From Hydrolagus affinis (taxonomy: Eukaryota): a stretch of DNA of 64,000 nt. A program made the translations under genes and the position numbers. Below the pieces are notes generated by a model. It saw only the letters and a program-made list of their open reading frames with translations, was not told the DNA's origin and searched no databases. The stretch spans positions 1-64,000 of the forward strand of contig JAAILG010001014.1 of NCBI GenBank assembly GCA_012026655.1. The letters run 5' to 3'. Position 1 is the first letter of the stretch, and each line of letters begins with the position of its first letter. This document shows, piece by piece, positions 39,177-50,305 of the stretch.

Positions 39177-39761
39177 TGGTGTCCTATAGCTCAGTGGTTA
39201 TGACCACTCGCCTCGCAAGCGAGAGACCGGGTTTGATTCCCAGTAGGTCAAGGCGAAACCTTGGGCAGGTTTCCTAACTCCACACGCCTGACAATAATCC
39301 CTTAGAAAAGAAAATTAAATTAGTCATTTCAACCCATGACTGTTTGTGGGACTGCTGTGCACAATTAGCTGCCGAGTTTCACACGCAAATATATTCTGTG
39401 AAATGCTTTGAAACGTCTTTGACACCATGGACCATTCAAACCGCCTCCACTCCACTACTCCTCCCACCTCAACCTTCAAGGTCTGTCCTTCATCGCTTCA
39501 GGTCCTATCTTGCACTCCACTTTGTGTCTGCCAACGGCTTTTCTTCCAGCCCCCGCACAATCGGGTGCGGCGTTTCTCAGGGCTCTGTACTTGGTCCCCT
39601 CCTCTTCACCCTCTACGTGCTCCCCCTCAGTGACATCATCCGCAAACATGGGGTAAATTTCCACATGCACGCGGATGACACCCAACTCCATCTCTACGCT
39701 TCCACCCTCAACTCTAGAAGACGTGAAAAGCGCCTTATCAAATGCACAGAATATCAGTATT
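39177..39761 (+). mobile_element. Full-length SINE with an internal L2 RT fragment (39419-39712) in its tail
   Basis: SINE head and body run to ...GAAACGTCT, then L2 RT sequence (FDTMDH...[13 protein letters not shown]...HADDTQL), then the SINE resumes TCTAGAAGACGTGAAAAGCG. Confidence 0.8.
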
Positions 39762-40376
39762 AAACCTAAAATGCAAATAGCAATAAGATGTTTATGTTTC
39801 AATGTATAATGCTAAATGCAAGGATTATAGGTTTATGTTTCAATACATTTAGAGGACATGGTAGTACAGTATGTACTATTATATCCTTACAGACTGAATG
39901 ATGTACAGGAGGGGAGTAAGATCTCATGTGAGGCTATGAAGAGGATAATGGATCTTCATTATTTGCTCGTGCGTATTACGGGAACCTCAAAGCAGCACCT
40001 CCTCACCTCTCTAATCGTCCCTTCAGTAAATAAAACTGTCCAGCGCCTTGGGACGTCCTCCTAACGTGAAAGGCGCTATACAAATGTAATTTTGTTGTTG
40101 TTATTCCTCTACATCAATCATATGAAGTACATCATAGAAAGAGGCCATTGGATCCATCAAGCCATGGTGCTGGCTCCCCTTCAATCCCAAATTCCTGCTC
40201 TTTTCCCAAAGAATTACCATCAAGAATCCTTCTGTAAATTTTACACTTCCGTTTATATTAGGTGTGCTTCTTGAAATAGCGGCGTGTTCCTATCAGAACT
40301 CAGTCACGCTGTGTTGGGATAGGTTAATGAACCCTGCGTGCATTTCCAGCATTTATTTACATTGTTTCATTCATTC

Positions 40377-40575
40377 ACCAGCTCACTCAGTAACCAGCTC
40401 ACTCAGTCAGTAACCAACCAGCTCACTCACTCACTCAGTAGCTCACTAACTAGCTCACTCACTCAGTAACCAACCAGCTCACTCACTCAGTCAGTAACCA
40501 GCTCACTCACTCAGTAAGTAGCTCACTCAGTAACCAATCAGCTCACTCTCGATCACCACCAGCTCACTCACTCGC
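40377..40575. repeat. Degenerate tandem repeat (ACCAGCTCACTCACTCAGTA-like unit) at the start of CFDP1 intron 1
   Basis: About ten GCTCAC-containing units of 12-24 bp are directly visible. Confidence 0.9.
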
Positions 40576-40604
40576 TGAGCGCTCGGGGCCTGCCCTACAC
40601 TTAC

Positions 40605-40665
40605 CCGAAGGCACGTAATCCTCGTCGTCCTCGGAAGAATAATTGTCCGAATCGTAATCGGACAT
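40605..40665 (-). CDS. CFDP1: CFDP1 coding exon 1
   Basis: ATG at 40665 and GTAAGT donor; 61 nt. Encodes MSDYDSDNYSSEDDEDYVPS(G), matching CFDP1 EEDEDYVPSG. Phases join exons 2-5 into an open frame. Confidence 0.95.
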
Positions 40666-41372
40666 TGTCGGCGGGCCGAGCGCAGGGCCAGGCCTCAGCC
40701 TCGGCCTCCAGTCAGTCAGTCACCGTCACCCCCGGCGGCCCTGACCCCCCTCAACCCACAGCAACAACGGCGACGGAATCCCAAAGCGGACAGAAGCCCG
40801 CCGCAGAATAAACGCGTTTCCGTCACAATTGGAGCCCACAGAGAGACATCTTTCAGCGGCTCAGCGACCAAACCACCACCAGCAGCAGCCACGCCGCACA
40901 GGCCGGGGCCTGACTGATTGACAGACAGTTACCGGCCCGGGCAGCCGGTCTGACTGATTAACTGACAGTTACCGGCCTGGCTCCGGCCACGGGTTTATCG
41001 GCCCACAACAAACCCTCCCCGTCAACCAAACCTGACGGTTAACCAGGTTCCGCCTCCGCACCGCCAACATTGGTCCCCGTCCCTTCGCCGTCCTGCGTTT
41101 TCCACGTTCCTATTGGTTTGCAGGCACGTCAGTCGCGTGACATCAGACAAGCCGTAGCACCCGCCCCTCGCTTGCCCAGACTCGCCGTCGATTGATTGAA
41201 AGCCAGCCGCGAATCAGCCTCTGATTGGCGGAGGGAGCTGTCGATCGGCAGAGACGTCACCAGGCAGGCAGGTTAGGTTGCGCGGGTGATGGTGGCCGCA
41301 CGGGAATGTCGGGCGGCTTTCCATCCGTTTGAACCGTAACCGTGAAGGAAGGTGTTGTTTGATGGCTGAGAC
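40666..41372. promoter_or_regulatory. CpG-island bidirectional promoter and 5' UTRs of CFDP1 and TMEM170A
   Basis: CpG-dense interval between divergent ATGs. ATTGG boxes at 40828, 41069, 41112 and 41224; TGATTGACAG at 40915-40924; GTCGCGTGAC at 41132-41141; GACGTCA at 41253-41259. Confidence 0.8.
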
Positions 41373-41487
41373 ATGCACAACGCGGGCTCCTTCTCCGTGC
41401 AGCAGATCCTGAGCCTGGGACTCATCCCTCGGGCGGGCAACGCCACCTGCCCCAGAAACATCACCACCTCCTTATGCGAATTTCCCG
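41373..41487 (+). CDS. TMEM170A: Transmembrane protein 170A, coding exon 1
   Basis: 115 nt with GTGAGT donor. Encodes MHNAGSFSVQQILSLGLIPRAGNATCPRNITTSLCEFP(E), matching TMEM170A QQILSL..PR.GN.T.CP..TSLC.FPE. Absent from the ORF track. Confidence 0.92.
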
Positions 41488-43020
41488 GTGAGTTGTTCTC
41501 TTTGCGACGGGGTGGGGGGGGGTGGCGAGAGTAGGGGGTGAGGGGAGGGGAGGCTGTTGGTGGTATCGTCGCTGCCCCCTTGCCCTGTGTGTGTGTGTGT
41601 GTGTCTGTGGGGCGGGTGGTCACACAGGGCCTCACACCGTCTCTCCGTGGAGTCCGCAGTGCAATGGGCCCAACCTGGGGTGGGCGATGTCTTTCTTCAA
41701 TTCACCAGCCACCGTCCTAACCCTGCCCACCTACTGCACTGTAGCTGATACCCACAGCTGTGACTGCTTGTCAAATGCCAAACCAACGACTGTCACTCAC
41801 ATTCTCCATCCCCCCACCCCACCCCAATATGGTCTGTCTGATCTTACAGCTAAACTTGTCTGTGGATTTATTTGGACTCCAATGCCTTGCCCTGTTTTTT
41901 TTGGGAAAAAAAATGTGCAATCCACAAACCAACTTTGAATCAAGATCAAGCGTTCAACCCAAATCCAACTTGAACGTCTTGCACTTTCCCCCAAATCCTG
42001 GTCACAACGGAGCCCTGTCACAGGGAGGGCAGGCAGGCAGACAGGACCGTACACACTCTGCAGTCCATTCAGATGCCTTGGCTTCTTGTTTGTGACCCTG
42101 CGAATTGGGTCAACCTCGACTGGGCTGCAACCGATGTATTCATGAATCATAGGACTCCTTTATTCAGAGGAGTCTACTGGAACCTGGTTTAATGCCAGTG
42201 GAAAGAAAGCGAGATCTGTGCACTTGTTAAGACACAATGTTGTCCATTGTTGTGGAGGTTGGATTGAATCGTAGCGTGTGTTTGTCCCAAACCACAAAGT
42301 TTTCCAATTTGTCCATCTACCTTCCTGACTTAAGTGAATAGTGGCTTAACTAAAAATGTCGCGTAATTCGGAATGGACCAACATAGGCTTTGTATTGTCT
42401 CTCGCTGCCTCCACCCCCCACCACCACCACAAACAAAAGGCTATTATTACTGCTGCACGACAGTGAGTTATTTGAAGCATTATAACCGTGCATGTCCAAC
42501 CCACCACATAAAATGTAATTGAGTCCCAACGCACATATCCCTCCCTGCAGCTCATTGATTTCATGTGGTATATAAATTGTAAGAAATATTCCTCTTGGAC
42601 CACTGGGAAAATGAATGATTTACAATAGACTGTGGTAGATGACCATTTAATAGAGGATTGAAACCCCATGTGAGTTGTGCGGATGACCATCAATTGTGAA
42701 ATATGAACTTGCATTTCACGCTGAGCGTCTCATTTGTACCGTAAGCATAAGTGCGTCATGTTGCTTTTTAGTAAGCTTAGTATTCACATGATCTTTACCT
42801 TCAGAATAATACTGCACTACTTTGTGGGGGTGCATCAGGATGCTACAACACTGAGATTGTGTTCTCTTGTTGCTATAGCAGCGTATGTGCTTTGAGTTGC
42901 TGATTGACTTGTGATACAATTTTGAAAGCTATTCTAAAGCTCTTTTTATCTCCAGGCTCAATGAGGATTTTGAAAATTATACTGCTGGGGATTGTGATTT
43001 TATTTTATTTTTGGTAGTAC

Positions 43021-43220
43021 TGTACCTTGAGACGTTATCCTGATGTGAAAGGTGCTGTACAAGTGTAATTTTGCTGTTGTTGCATAATATAATAATCCTT
43101 GCATTTGATATAGCGCTTTTCGCGTCTTCTAGACATCTCAAAGCGCTTCACAGAATATACTGTAAAGTGAAATGCAATCCAATCAGGCGCTATACAAGTG
43201 TAATTTTGTTGTTGTTATTT
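43021..43220. mobile_element. Nested L2/SINE tail fragments
   Basis: A forward tail, an inverted SINE tail, then a second forward tail repeating CAAGTGTAATTTTG(C/T)TGTTGTT. Confidence 0.6.
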
Positions 43221-43611
43221 GGAGCATATAACGATTTTGTCTCTGCATGCATTTACTCAAGGCACTGGTGCTAGAGTTGTGGTGCTTTCTGTGGAAATGT
43301 TTTAGGACAAATATACTTGGTATCTCATGACTCTATTCAGTGGCTGGATAAACTGTGAATGTTCACATTGAAGTAGAGATGGCTGAAAGGAGATCTGATT
43401 GAAGTATTCAGAATTCCGAAGGATACAAATAGCCTGAACCCTCATCATATGTTTAACACTGTCTACAACAAGGGGACACAGAAAACTCTGCTCAGAAAAG
43501 GAAATGTGAACAGACAATCTAGATTTATGCAGAAGGTAGTGAACAGAGATGGAGGCAGACTGTGTCAGCAAATTGAAGAGAATGAGATAGGTATTTGGCA
43601 GAGCTAAATAG

Positions 43612-43982
43612 TTATAATAAATAATAATAATCCTTGCATTTTGATATAGCGCTTTTTACGTCTTCTAGACTTCTCAAAGTGCTTCACTGAATATACTGTA
43701 AAGTGAATTGAGCAGGTATAATGTAAGCATTGTATTTGTATTGTCGGCAGCCATGCCTTTAGCCACTTCGCCCCCAAGCTGTAGAACTCACTTCCTCACT
43801 CCCTTCGCCTCGCCCCCTCTCTTCCTAGTTTCAGGTCTCATCTAAAGACCTTTCTTTTCTACTGCGCCTTCGGTCACCTTTTTCCCCCTGCCCATGGCTC
43901 GAGCCCAAGATCCGTTATTGTGAAGCACTCTGAGACGCCGTCCGGCGTGGAGGGCGCTTTATAAATCAAATTTGCTGTTGTT
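43612..43982. mobile_element. Inverted SINE tail (about 43612-43710) and forward L2 3' end (about 43745-43982)
   Basis: (AAT)n plus the SINE tail, then FRSHLKTFLF-encoding sequence and the L2 tail. Confidence 0.7.
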
Positions 43983-44529
43983 CTATGATAGTGTTACCAT
44001 GCCTGAGCATTTGCAGGAATCGGTAAATCAATTCCATAGTGTTTGGTGGAAGTAGGCAATATAACTCTGAATTAGCAAACTCCATTTCTCATTCCTAGAA
44101 TCAATGCTACATCATGTCCCTTTGTAACGTTGACATAAGCTGCACGAATCTGTGTGGGTCCACACACCAAACTACTGTTTGGCTGCAAACAATTTAGTTA
44201 TTCAGAATGGTTGTTATTTGTTGTGAGCATCATTTTGGAAAGATATATCTGTAACCTTGGTTATTGTTGAGAGTGACCCCCCCCCCACCTTCAACACCAT
44301 CTTCAATACCATCTTCATCATCTATTCACTCTTCATCTCTCCTCTCTCTTATCATCTCTTCTCTCTCCATTGTGGAGTTCTGTAGCTCCACAAGTATACA
44401 AATGTTCGTACTTTCCTTCCCCCAACCACAACCCCTCACCCCCCACCCCTTCCCACCCCCCTGCTCTGGTCCCTAACTCTTCTCCCCCCTTTCTATCCTC
44501 TGGTCTTCTCCCTCCTTCCCCCTGCTCTG

Positions 44530-44910
44530 GTATTCTGTGAAGCGCTTCGAGACGTCGATAAGATGTGGAAAGCGCTTATATAAATGTAAGTATTATTATA
44601 TTATAGCTATATCAGTGGTTAGAGCACTCGCCTTACAAGCAGGAGACCTGGGTTCAATTTCAGGCAGGGCGAAACCTTGGGCAAGTTTCCTTACTCCGCG
44701 CCTGATAATGATCGCTCAAAAAAAAAAGCCCAATAATAAATTGGCCTTTTCAATCCATGACTGTTTGTGGGACACTGCTGTGTGCAGTTGGCTGCCACGT
44801 TTCACCCACAAATATACAGTCAATTCACTTTACAGTATATTCTGTGAAGCGCTTTGAGACGTTTAGAAGATGTGAAAAGCGCTATATCAAATGCAAGGAT
44901 TATTATTATA
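44530..44910 (+). mobile_element. SINE tail followed by a near full-length tRNA-derived SINE (44601-44910)
   Basis: Close family match. The second copy begins in the (TAT)n tail of the first. Confidence 0.85.
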
Positions 44911-45187
44911 ACATGCAAGTTTCATCGCCCACCCAGCATTGGCTTCGGCAAAGAAATGAGGTACACCTTCATTTCCATCAATGCAGCTTCAGAATTGTAA
45001 CGGGCATCAGGAAGCATCTCTTTACACCCAAGTGCAACCAGTAGCTGAAACGGGTACCAAGCAGGGTGGTAAGGGCCAGGAAACCTCACTCATTTAAGAA
45101 CCGCTCAGTAATGTAATGGGAAAGGCTGGCAAATGGGCTTCTGGTCGTCTCTTGTGATCTCTAACCTGTTTCTTGTGTGTTTTACAG

Positions 45188-45355
45188 AGATGTGGTATGG
45201 GGTGTTCCTTTGGGCTTTGTTATCCTCTGTTTTTATCTACGTTCCTGCTGGGTTACTGGGGTTTGTCATGCTCCGGCACCACAAATATGGACGTTTCATA
45301 TCTTTGGGTATCATCGGAGGCATCTTGGGACCCATCATTGCAGCAGCGTTGACAA
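45188..45355 (+). CDS. TMEM170A: TMEM170A coding exon 2
   Basis: CAG acceptor and GTAAGT donor; 168 nt. Encodes (E)MWYGVFLWALLSS...LRHHKYGRFIS...LT(S). Confidence 0.96.
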
Positions 45356-46276
45356 GTAAGTGCGTTTTTCTGAACAATTATCTCTTTAGAAAATCTTCAC
45401 TTGTGAACGTTCTCAAATAAAGTTTAGTATTTTCTATCAGACTCATTCTTCCTTTGGGTATTTAGCATGTCAATCTTTAATCCTGTATCCAGGATATTTA
45501 AATCTCTAGCTATCAAAACTTTTCCCAGGGCAATGATGATCTCATTGTTTCCCACTCCCTCGAGCAGAGAAAAATCATAATTTTGTGAAGGTGATAAAGC
45601 AGGTATATGTGACTGAACGGATTGCACTTTCAAAGAGCCAGCACAGACACAATGGGCCACATGGCCTTCTTTTGTGCTATAAGTATATCTGTGATTGTTA
45701 ATCACCAATTGTCTAGACTTCCATAGGGTGTGTGGGATAGCTATTTTTTTTATTTCCCTTTGTGGAGATGACTGATAATACAAGAAAGTCAGAAGGAAAG
45801 TGGCTGACAGCAGTGAGGGTGAGAAGTAAGCTCAGGCATGGGTGGACTTCATTTAGGAGAACTCATAAACAGCGTTGATTGAGAAATGTGAAAGTTATGC
45901 AATCTTCCTAAGATTTCTGTAATTTTCAAGATGTGTGAATCAACTGCAACGACTTGTTAATTAGTGAGAAGACATTTTCACAGATTATAATGGGAAAACA
46001 GTAGGATTGATATTCTGCAAGGGTGAATTGATCTTTCAAACGTTTCTTGTGAGAGGACTTGCTCCACTGCAGGTTTTTAAAGAACAGAGCTGACAGTGAT
46101 GTACTTTGTTTGCAAGAAATGGTCTAAAACTTAGTCTTAAAAAAAGCAGAACTGCCTTTTACGATTAGTGCACAGAATAAACTGCAGGAAGTTTGCAGTA
46201 TCATAGTTTGTGATGCAGATTTCCGTGTCCTTAATAAATGTCCTATTCTTGAATGACCTGACCAATTCTTTTATAG

Positions 46277-46407
46277 GTGCAGCTATAGCAGGTGTCTACA
46301 GGGCTGCTGCAAAGCAAATGGTGCCTCTTGAAGCGTTGGTGCTGGGAATAGGACAGATATTTTTTGTGGTTGCCATTGCCTTCTTACGAATTTTAGCGAC
46401 TTTGTAG
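46277..46407 (+). CDS. TMEM170A: TMEM170A coding exon 3 (terminal)
   Basis: TAG acceptor. Encodes (S)AAIAGVYRAAAKQMVPLEAL...FLRILATL*. Total CDS is 414 nt, 137 aa. Confidence 0.96.
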
Positions 46408-49093
46408 CAGAGGCATTCTGCTTGTTTGCAAGGTCCAGGCAAACTGAAGCTCCAGTTTCACAACTTCACCAAACTTGTGATGGACGTGGAGAAGATGCAC
46501 CTATACTTTCGCAGAATCCAACCAAGTTTCACATAATCATTGCTGCTCAATCAACACAGGAACTGCGACAAGCCGTGATCCAGGCTTCTGCTCTGTTGTA
46601 GAAGAACAAAGGATGCACAGAAAATGGTTTGTTATAATTGCTTAAGTACTGAGATTTGTTCTTTTTAAAACTCAAAGCAAAAAAAAAGTTTCACTCAGTT
46701 AAAAGTAGGGCATCACCTTTGCACACGTTTTCAAACTTTTTGAACAAAACTGTACAGTCTTTTTGTAAAGTTAAATACTACTCTAGAATATGCATGTTTA
46801 TCGTATTAACACAGGAAAAAACACTTCCAAGTCTTTTTAGTTTGTCAAAAGAAATTCAGACCTTGTAACACTTTGATTGTGCCCATTGCATCTAAATACT
46901 TCACCAATTATAGTAAAAAGAGTCAGGCAAGTCAAACAGAACTGTCCCAACCAGTGTTACCAAAGGCAAGGCCAGGTAAGTATATAATTTGAGGAACTGA
47001 AGGTATTGCAGCCTTCTACAGTTTAAACAAGGTGAACAAGGCCAGTCATTGGATGCTCTTGTGTCCAGTAGTTTGCATAGGATTATACAGAACTGGAATA
47101 AAGTATTGCAGCTCATCTGTCAGTCCCACAGTTTGAAAATCTGGTGCTCAAGAATTCTGGCTTTGCAACTTGTTAGTTTGCAAACTCTTTAAAGAAATTA
47201 CAGTTATATTTGATGGTTAAAGGCCATAGTGAATACAGTATCTAACAATCATTGTATTGCTACAGATAAATATGCCAGACAAATACTAGAACTCTGATGG
47301 TAAATGTACTATTTATTTGCCATCCTTTCTCATTGTATAGAAAACAAATTGAAAATAATCTGTATTGATAACAGATAAAAGGGTGGTGGTGTGTTTGTCT
47401 TTTCAGTCGAACAGCCGTTTTCCCAAAAGTCCAAACTAGGGCCATATATAGTATATTCTGGTCCTACCGTAGATTTTTAAGAGGAACTGATGAATTGAGA
47501 GCGTGACTTTCTTCGGAGTTCAGCTGCAACTGTTTTTGTTTGCTAAGCCAATGAATGAATGTCATCCCCATCTGTAGATAATCACCTGGTCTTTATGATT
47601 GACTTTTTAAGTGAGATACAGTATTTGTCAAGAGAATGTGTGAATATCATTCTTCATTTTAATTTCCAACGAGCTAATATCTATTGGGTAAGGTCTGCCA
47701 CCTGTGAATTTATACACAGTTCATGCGTGCCAATCTTAATTATTTTCCAGTACTTGTTTAAATCAAAAACAAGAGAACATTCTTGCATTTACAGCAGACA
47801 ATCCCACCATTTCTTTTCATTGTGCTTTTTTATATTAATCCTGTCATTGGAGAATAGAGCTGTTTGTGGCCACTCTCCCCCATGTAAACATCTGACAAGA
47901 GTCCCAGTTTGGCACACGATAAAATGTTGGGTCTCAAAGTGCTTTGGTGTTTCTGTACTTGTCGTGATTTGATTGATCATCATTCATTTTCATTTGACAA
48001 AGTTTCCTGGCACGTGAGATAACATTCAGCACTTCCTCTAATGTCTCCAGTGGAATTGGCTTTCATATTCTCTTATGTCTAAAGCATGATTTGAGCAGCA
48101 GTGTGAGTCTTGGTGGTGGAGTATTTACACACTCCCTCAACTTCCTTCTTGTACTCGACTCTGTGGCTCAACTCTCACAGCAGTCACCATTTACTCTGGA
48201 CTCAGCATCTGTTCCTGTTGAGTTCAACAGTTTCCTCTGTTGAGCTCCAGTGATTGTATTTTTTCTTTATCCTCTACTTGTATATACGATTGATAATGTT
48301 AACCTTGCACATGCCACTTGACTTGCTTGTTTTTAAACGAACAGCGGTTGTAAATTGAATATCCGGTGAACAGCAATGGAATATTAAATCCACCAGACTT
48401 TATTTTTTTGCCTTTTCCAGTTGTTATGAGATCTTTGTTGCTCTTAACTAAACTGGTTATTAAACTAAACATAATAATCCACAGTTCCCTAATGTATCCT
48501 TTTTAATGGGAACACATTTTCATGCACTTTTGTACTTCATTACTGATTTGCTTATTGGGGTAATGTATAGTTTATCGTAGTGATATTAACAGTACTCTGT
48601 GCAGCACAGCATAGAAACCTGCCATACTGTGCCTACAGTCATTTATATATAGCAAATTTAGTCTGGGTGTTCAAAGGTTTTGTGAGCACCCTGTTTGTCA
48701 TTGATTGTCTTAAGTTTAGGCAAAAACAAACCTTGAATAATTGTCATCTGCTTTTATTGTATACGCCTGACTCCTTTTATGTACTTACACAACCGGTATG
48801 TTTAAATAGCACATATTAATGGAAATGTATGAAGTGTAAATCTTTAACCAGTAACTTCTCTTTTCTAAATGAGCAGTCATGGTTTGGCAAAACCTAGGTT
48901 CAACTGACTGTTTGATTGGTCTATAAATGTGGTGGGTTTTAACAATGTTAATTGAAAGTTACTATGGGTTTTTACTGCTGTGTAATGATCAAAAGTTTGT
49001 TTTGAAATTTATATTGTCGGAGAAATCAAAATTTTATTTTTCTACTTACATGGCTAATTTTGGTGACATTTACTGGTGAATATATTTATAAAA

Positions 49094-49099
49094 AATAAA
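49094..49099 (+). terminator. Candidate polyadenylation signal for a roughly 2.7-kb TMEM170A 3' UTR
   Basis: AATAAA at the end of an AU-rich, repeat-poor stretch, with a GT/T-rich tract downstream. A more proximal AATAAA lies at 47097-47102. Confidence 0.5.
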
Positions 49100-49866
49100 T
49101 TTTGTTAAATTGATTGGAATAGGTGTTTTTTTAATGCTTTAGTTTATAGCATAGATTTGCAGTAAGTACATTATTACCATAAACAGCTGAAATGTCAATT
49201 CACGTTGACAAACAAATGTATGTTTAACTCAGCATGCGGTTTTAGAACAATTCAAAACTTAACAGAATATTTCAAGACAAAATTGAAACTCAAGTGAAAC
49301 ACGCCAGACTTACAGACAGAGTGCACGCAGGTACTCATGAGCAATCACTCCCACGCTCATCATGGCAGCTGCTTAGGAAACCTCTAATCTCTGTGTCTTC
49401 AAGGTCAATGGAATGAGCATTGCCTTCAGCACCAAAACAATGAAACATTTACGGTAATTTGTTCATCTCTTTGATAATCATTCAGATATTGCTGATTTAC
49501 AATGGTTAGTCACGAATTCATGGGAGTAAGACAATTGGGGTGAGATCTGATTTGCAGTTTAGTGGCAATGGTTACTTTCCTGGAAGTCAATATCAAACAC
49601 ATTAACCCACATGGGAGGTAAGTATTCTGACCTTAAGTTTGCCTACTGCTAGTTGTTAAAACCAAAAGATCTTTGCATTCACTGGTCTATATTAATCCTG
49701 AAGGGTAGCACATTTGTTTGGACTTCACACAGATATTCCTAGATCACACAACCTGCTAACAATGAAGTAGGGTATACGCAAGGGCATACTTGAAATTTAA
49801 TTTACTCTTTCCTTCGTTGCGCTGGAGTTGGATGAATCCCTTCCCCCGGTGACTGGTCTGCCATCC

Positions 49867-49966
49867 NNNNNNNNNNNNNNNNNNNNNNNNNNNNNNNNNN
49901 NNNNNNNNNNNNNNNNNNNNNNNNNNNNNNNNNNNNNNNNNNNNNNNNNNNNNNNNNNNNNNNNNN
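49867..49966. other. Assembly gap (100 N)
   Basis: Run of N flanked on the right by poly-C and (CA)n. Confidence 1.
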
Positions 49967-49968
49967 CC

Positions 49969-49999
<31 letters not shown>

Positions 50000-50002
50000 A
50001 CA

Positions 50003-50305
50003 ATTTAAGCACAACAATGTCCCACAAACAGCCATGAAGTAAAAACCCAATTTTATTTGAGGGATTATTGGCCAGTACACCGGGAAAAACTCCCTCATCT
50101 TTTCAATTAGTGCTATAGGACATTGACTTCCAGCCGAACAGGTACATGGTCCTTGTTTTAACATTGCATCCAAAAGACAGCATCTCCAACAATACATCAC
50201 ATCCCCCAGCACTGCACTGGAGTGCAGCATAGACTATGAGTTCACAGCCTCAAAGTGGGGCTTGAACTCACAAGCTTCTGACTCAGAGTGAGGCAGGCTG
50301 ACACA
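50003..50305 (-). mobile_element. Diverged Deu-domain-like SINE
   Basis: The minus strand has a tRNA-like head (TCAAGCCCCAC), TGCAGTGCTG...GCTGTCTTTTGGATG...TTAAAAC and GCTGTTTGTGGGAC, resembling DeuSINEs. Confidence 0.55.

Noticed and set aside
39344-39763. 139-aa ORF with RT motifs as a gene
   Set aside because: It is a read-through of SINE sequence into a captured L2 fragment with no complete domain.
40377-40575. CRISPR-like repeat array
   Set aside because: A simple degenerate tandem repeat with no unique spacers or cas genes, in a vertebrate intron.
41273-42150. Several overlapping 60-140-aa ORFs
   Set aside because: By-products of GC-rich CpG island and (GT)n sequence. The real coding part is 41373-41487.
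44757-45044. Recurrent similar short ORFs (YSVKRFETS/CFETS motif; also 602-856, 27433-27624, 61253-61615) resembling a peptide family
   Set aside because: They are translations of the same SINE body.
49756-50230. ORFs containing X runs
   Set aside because: Artefacts of the 100-N gap and adjacent low-complexity sequence.
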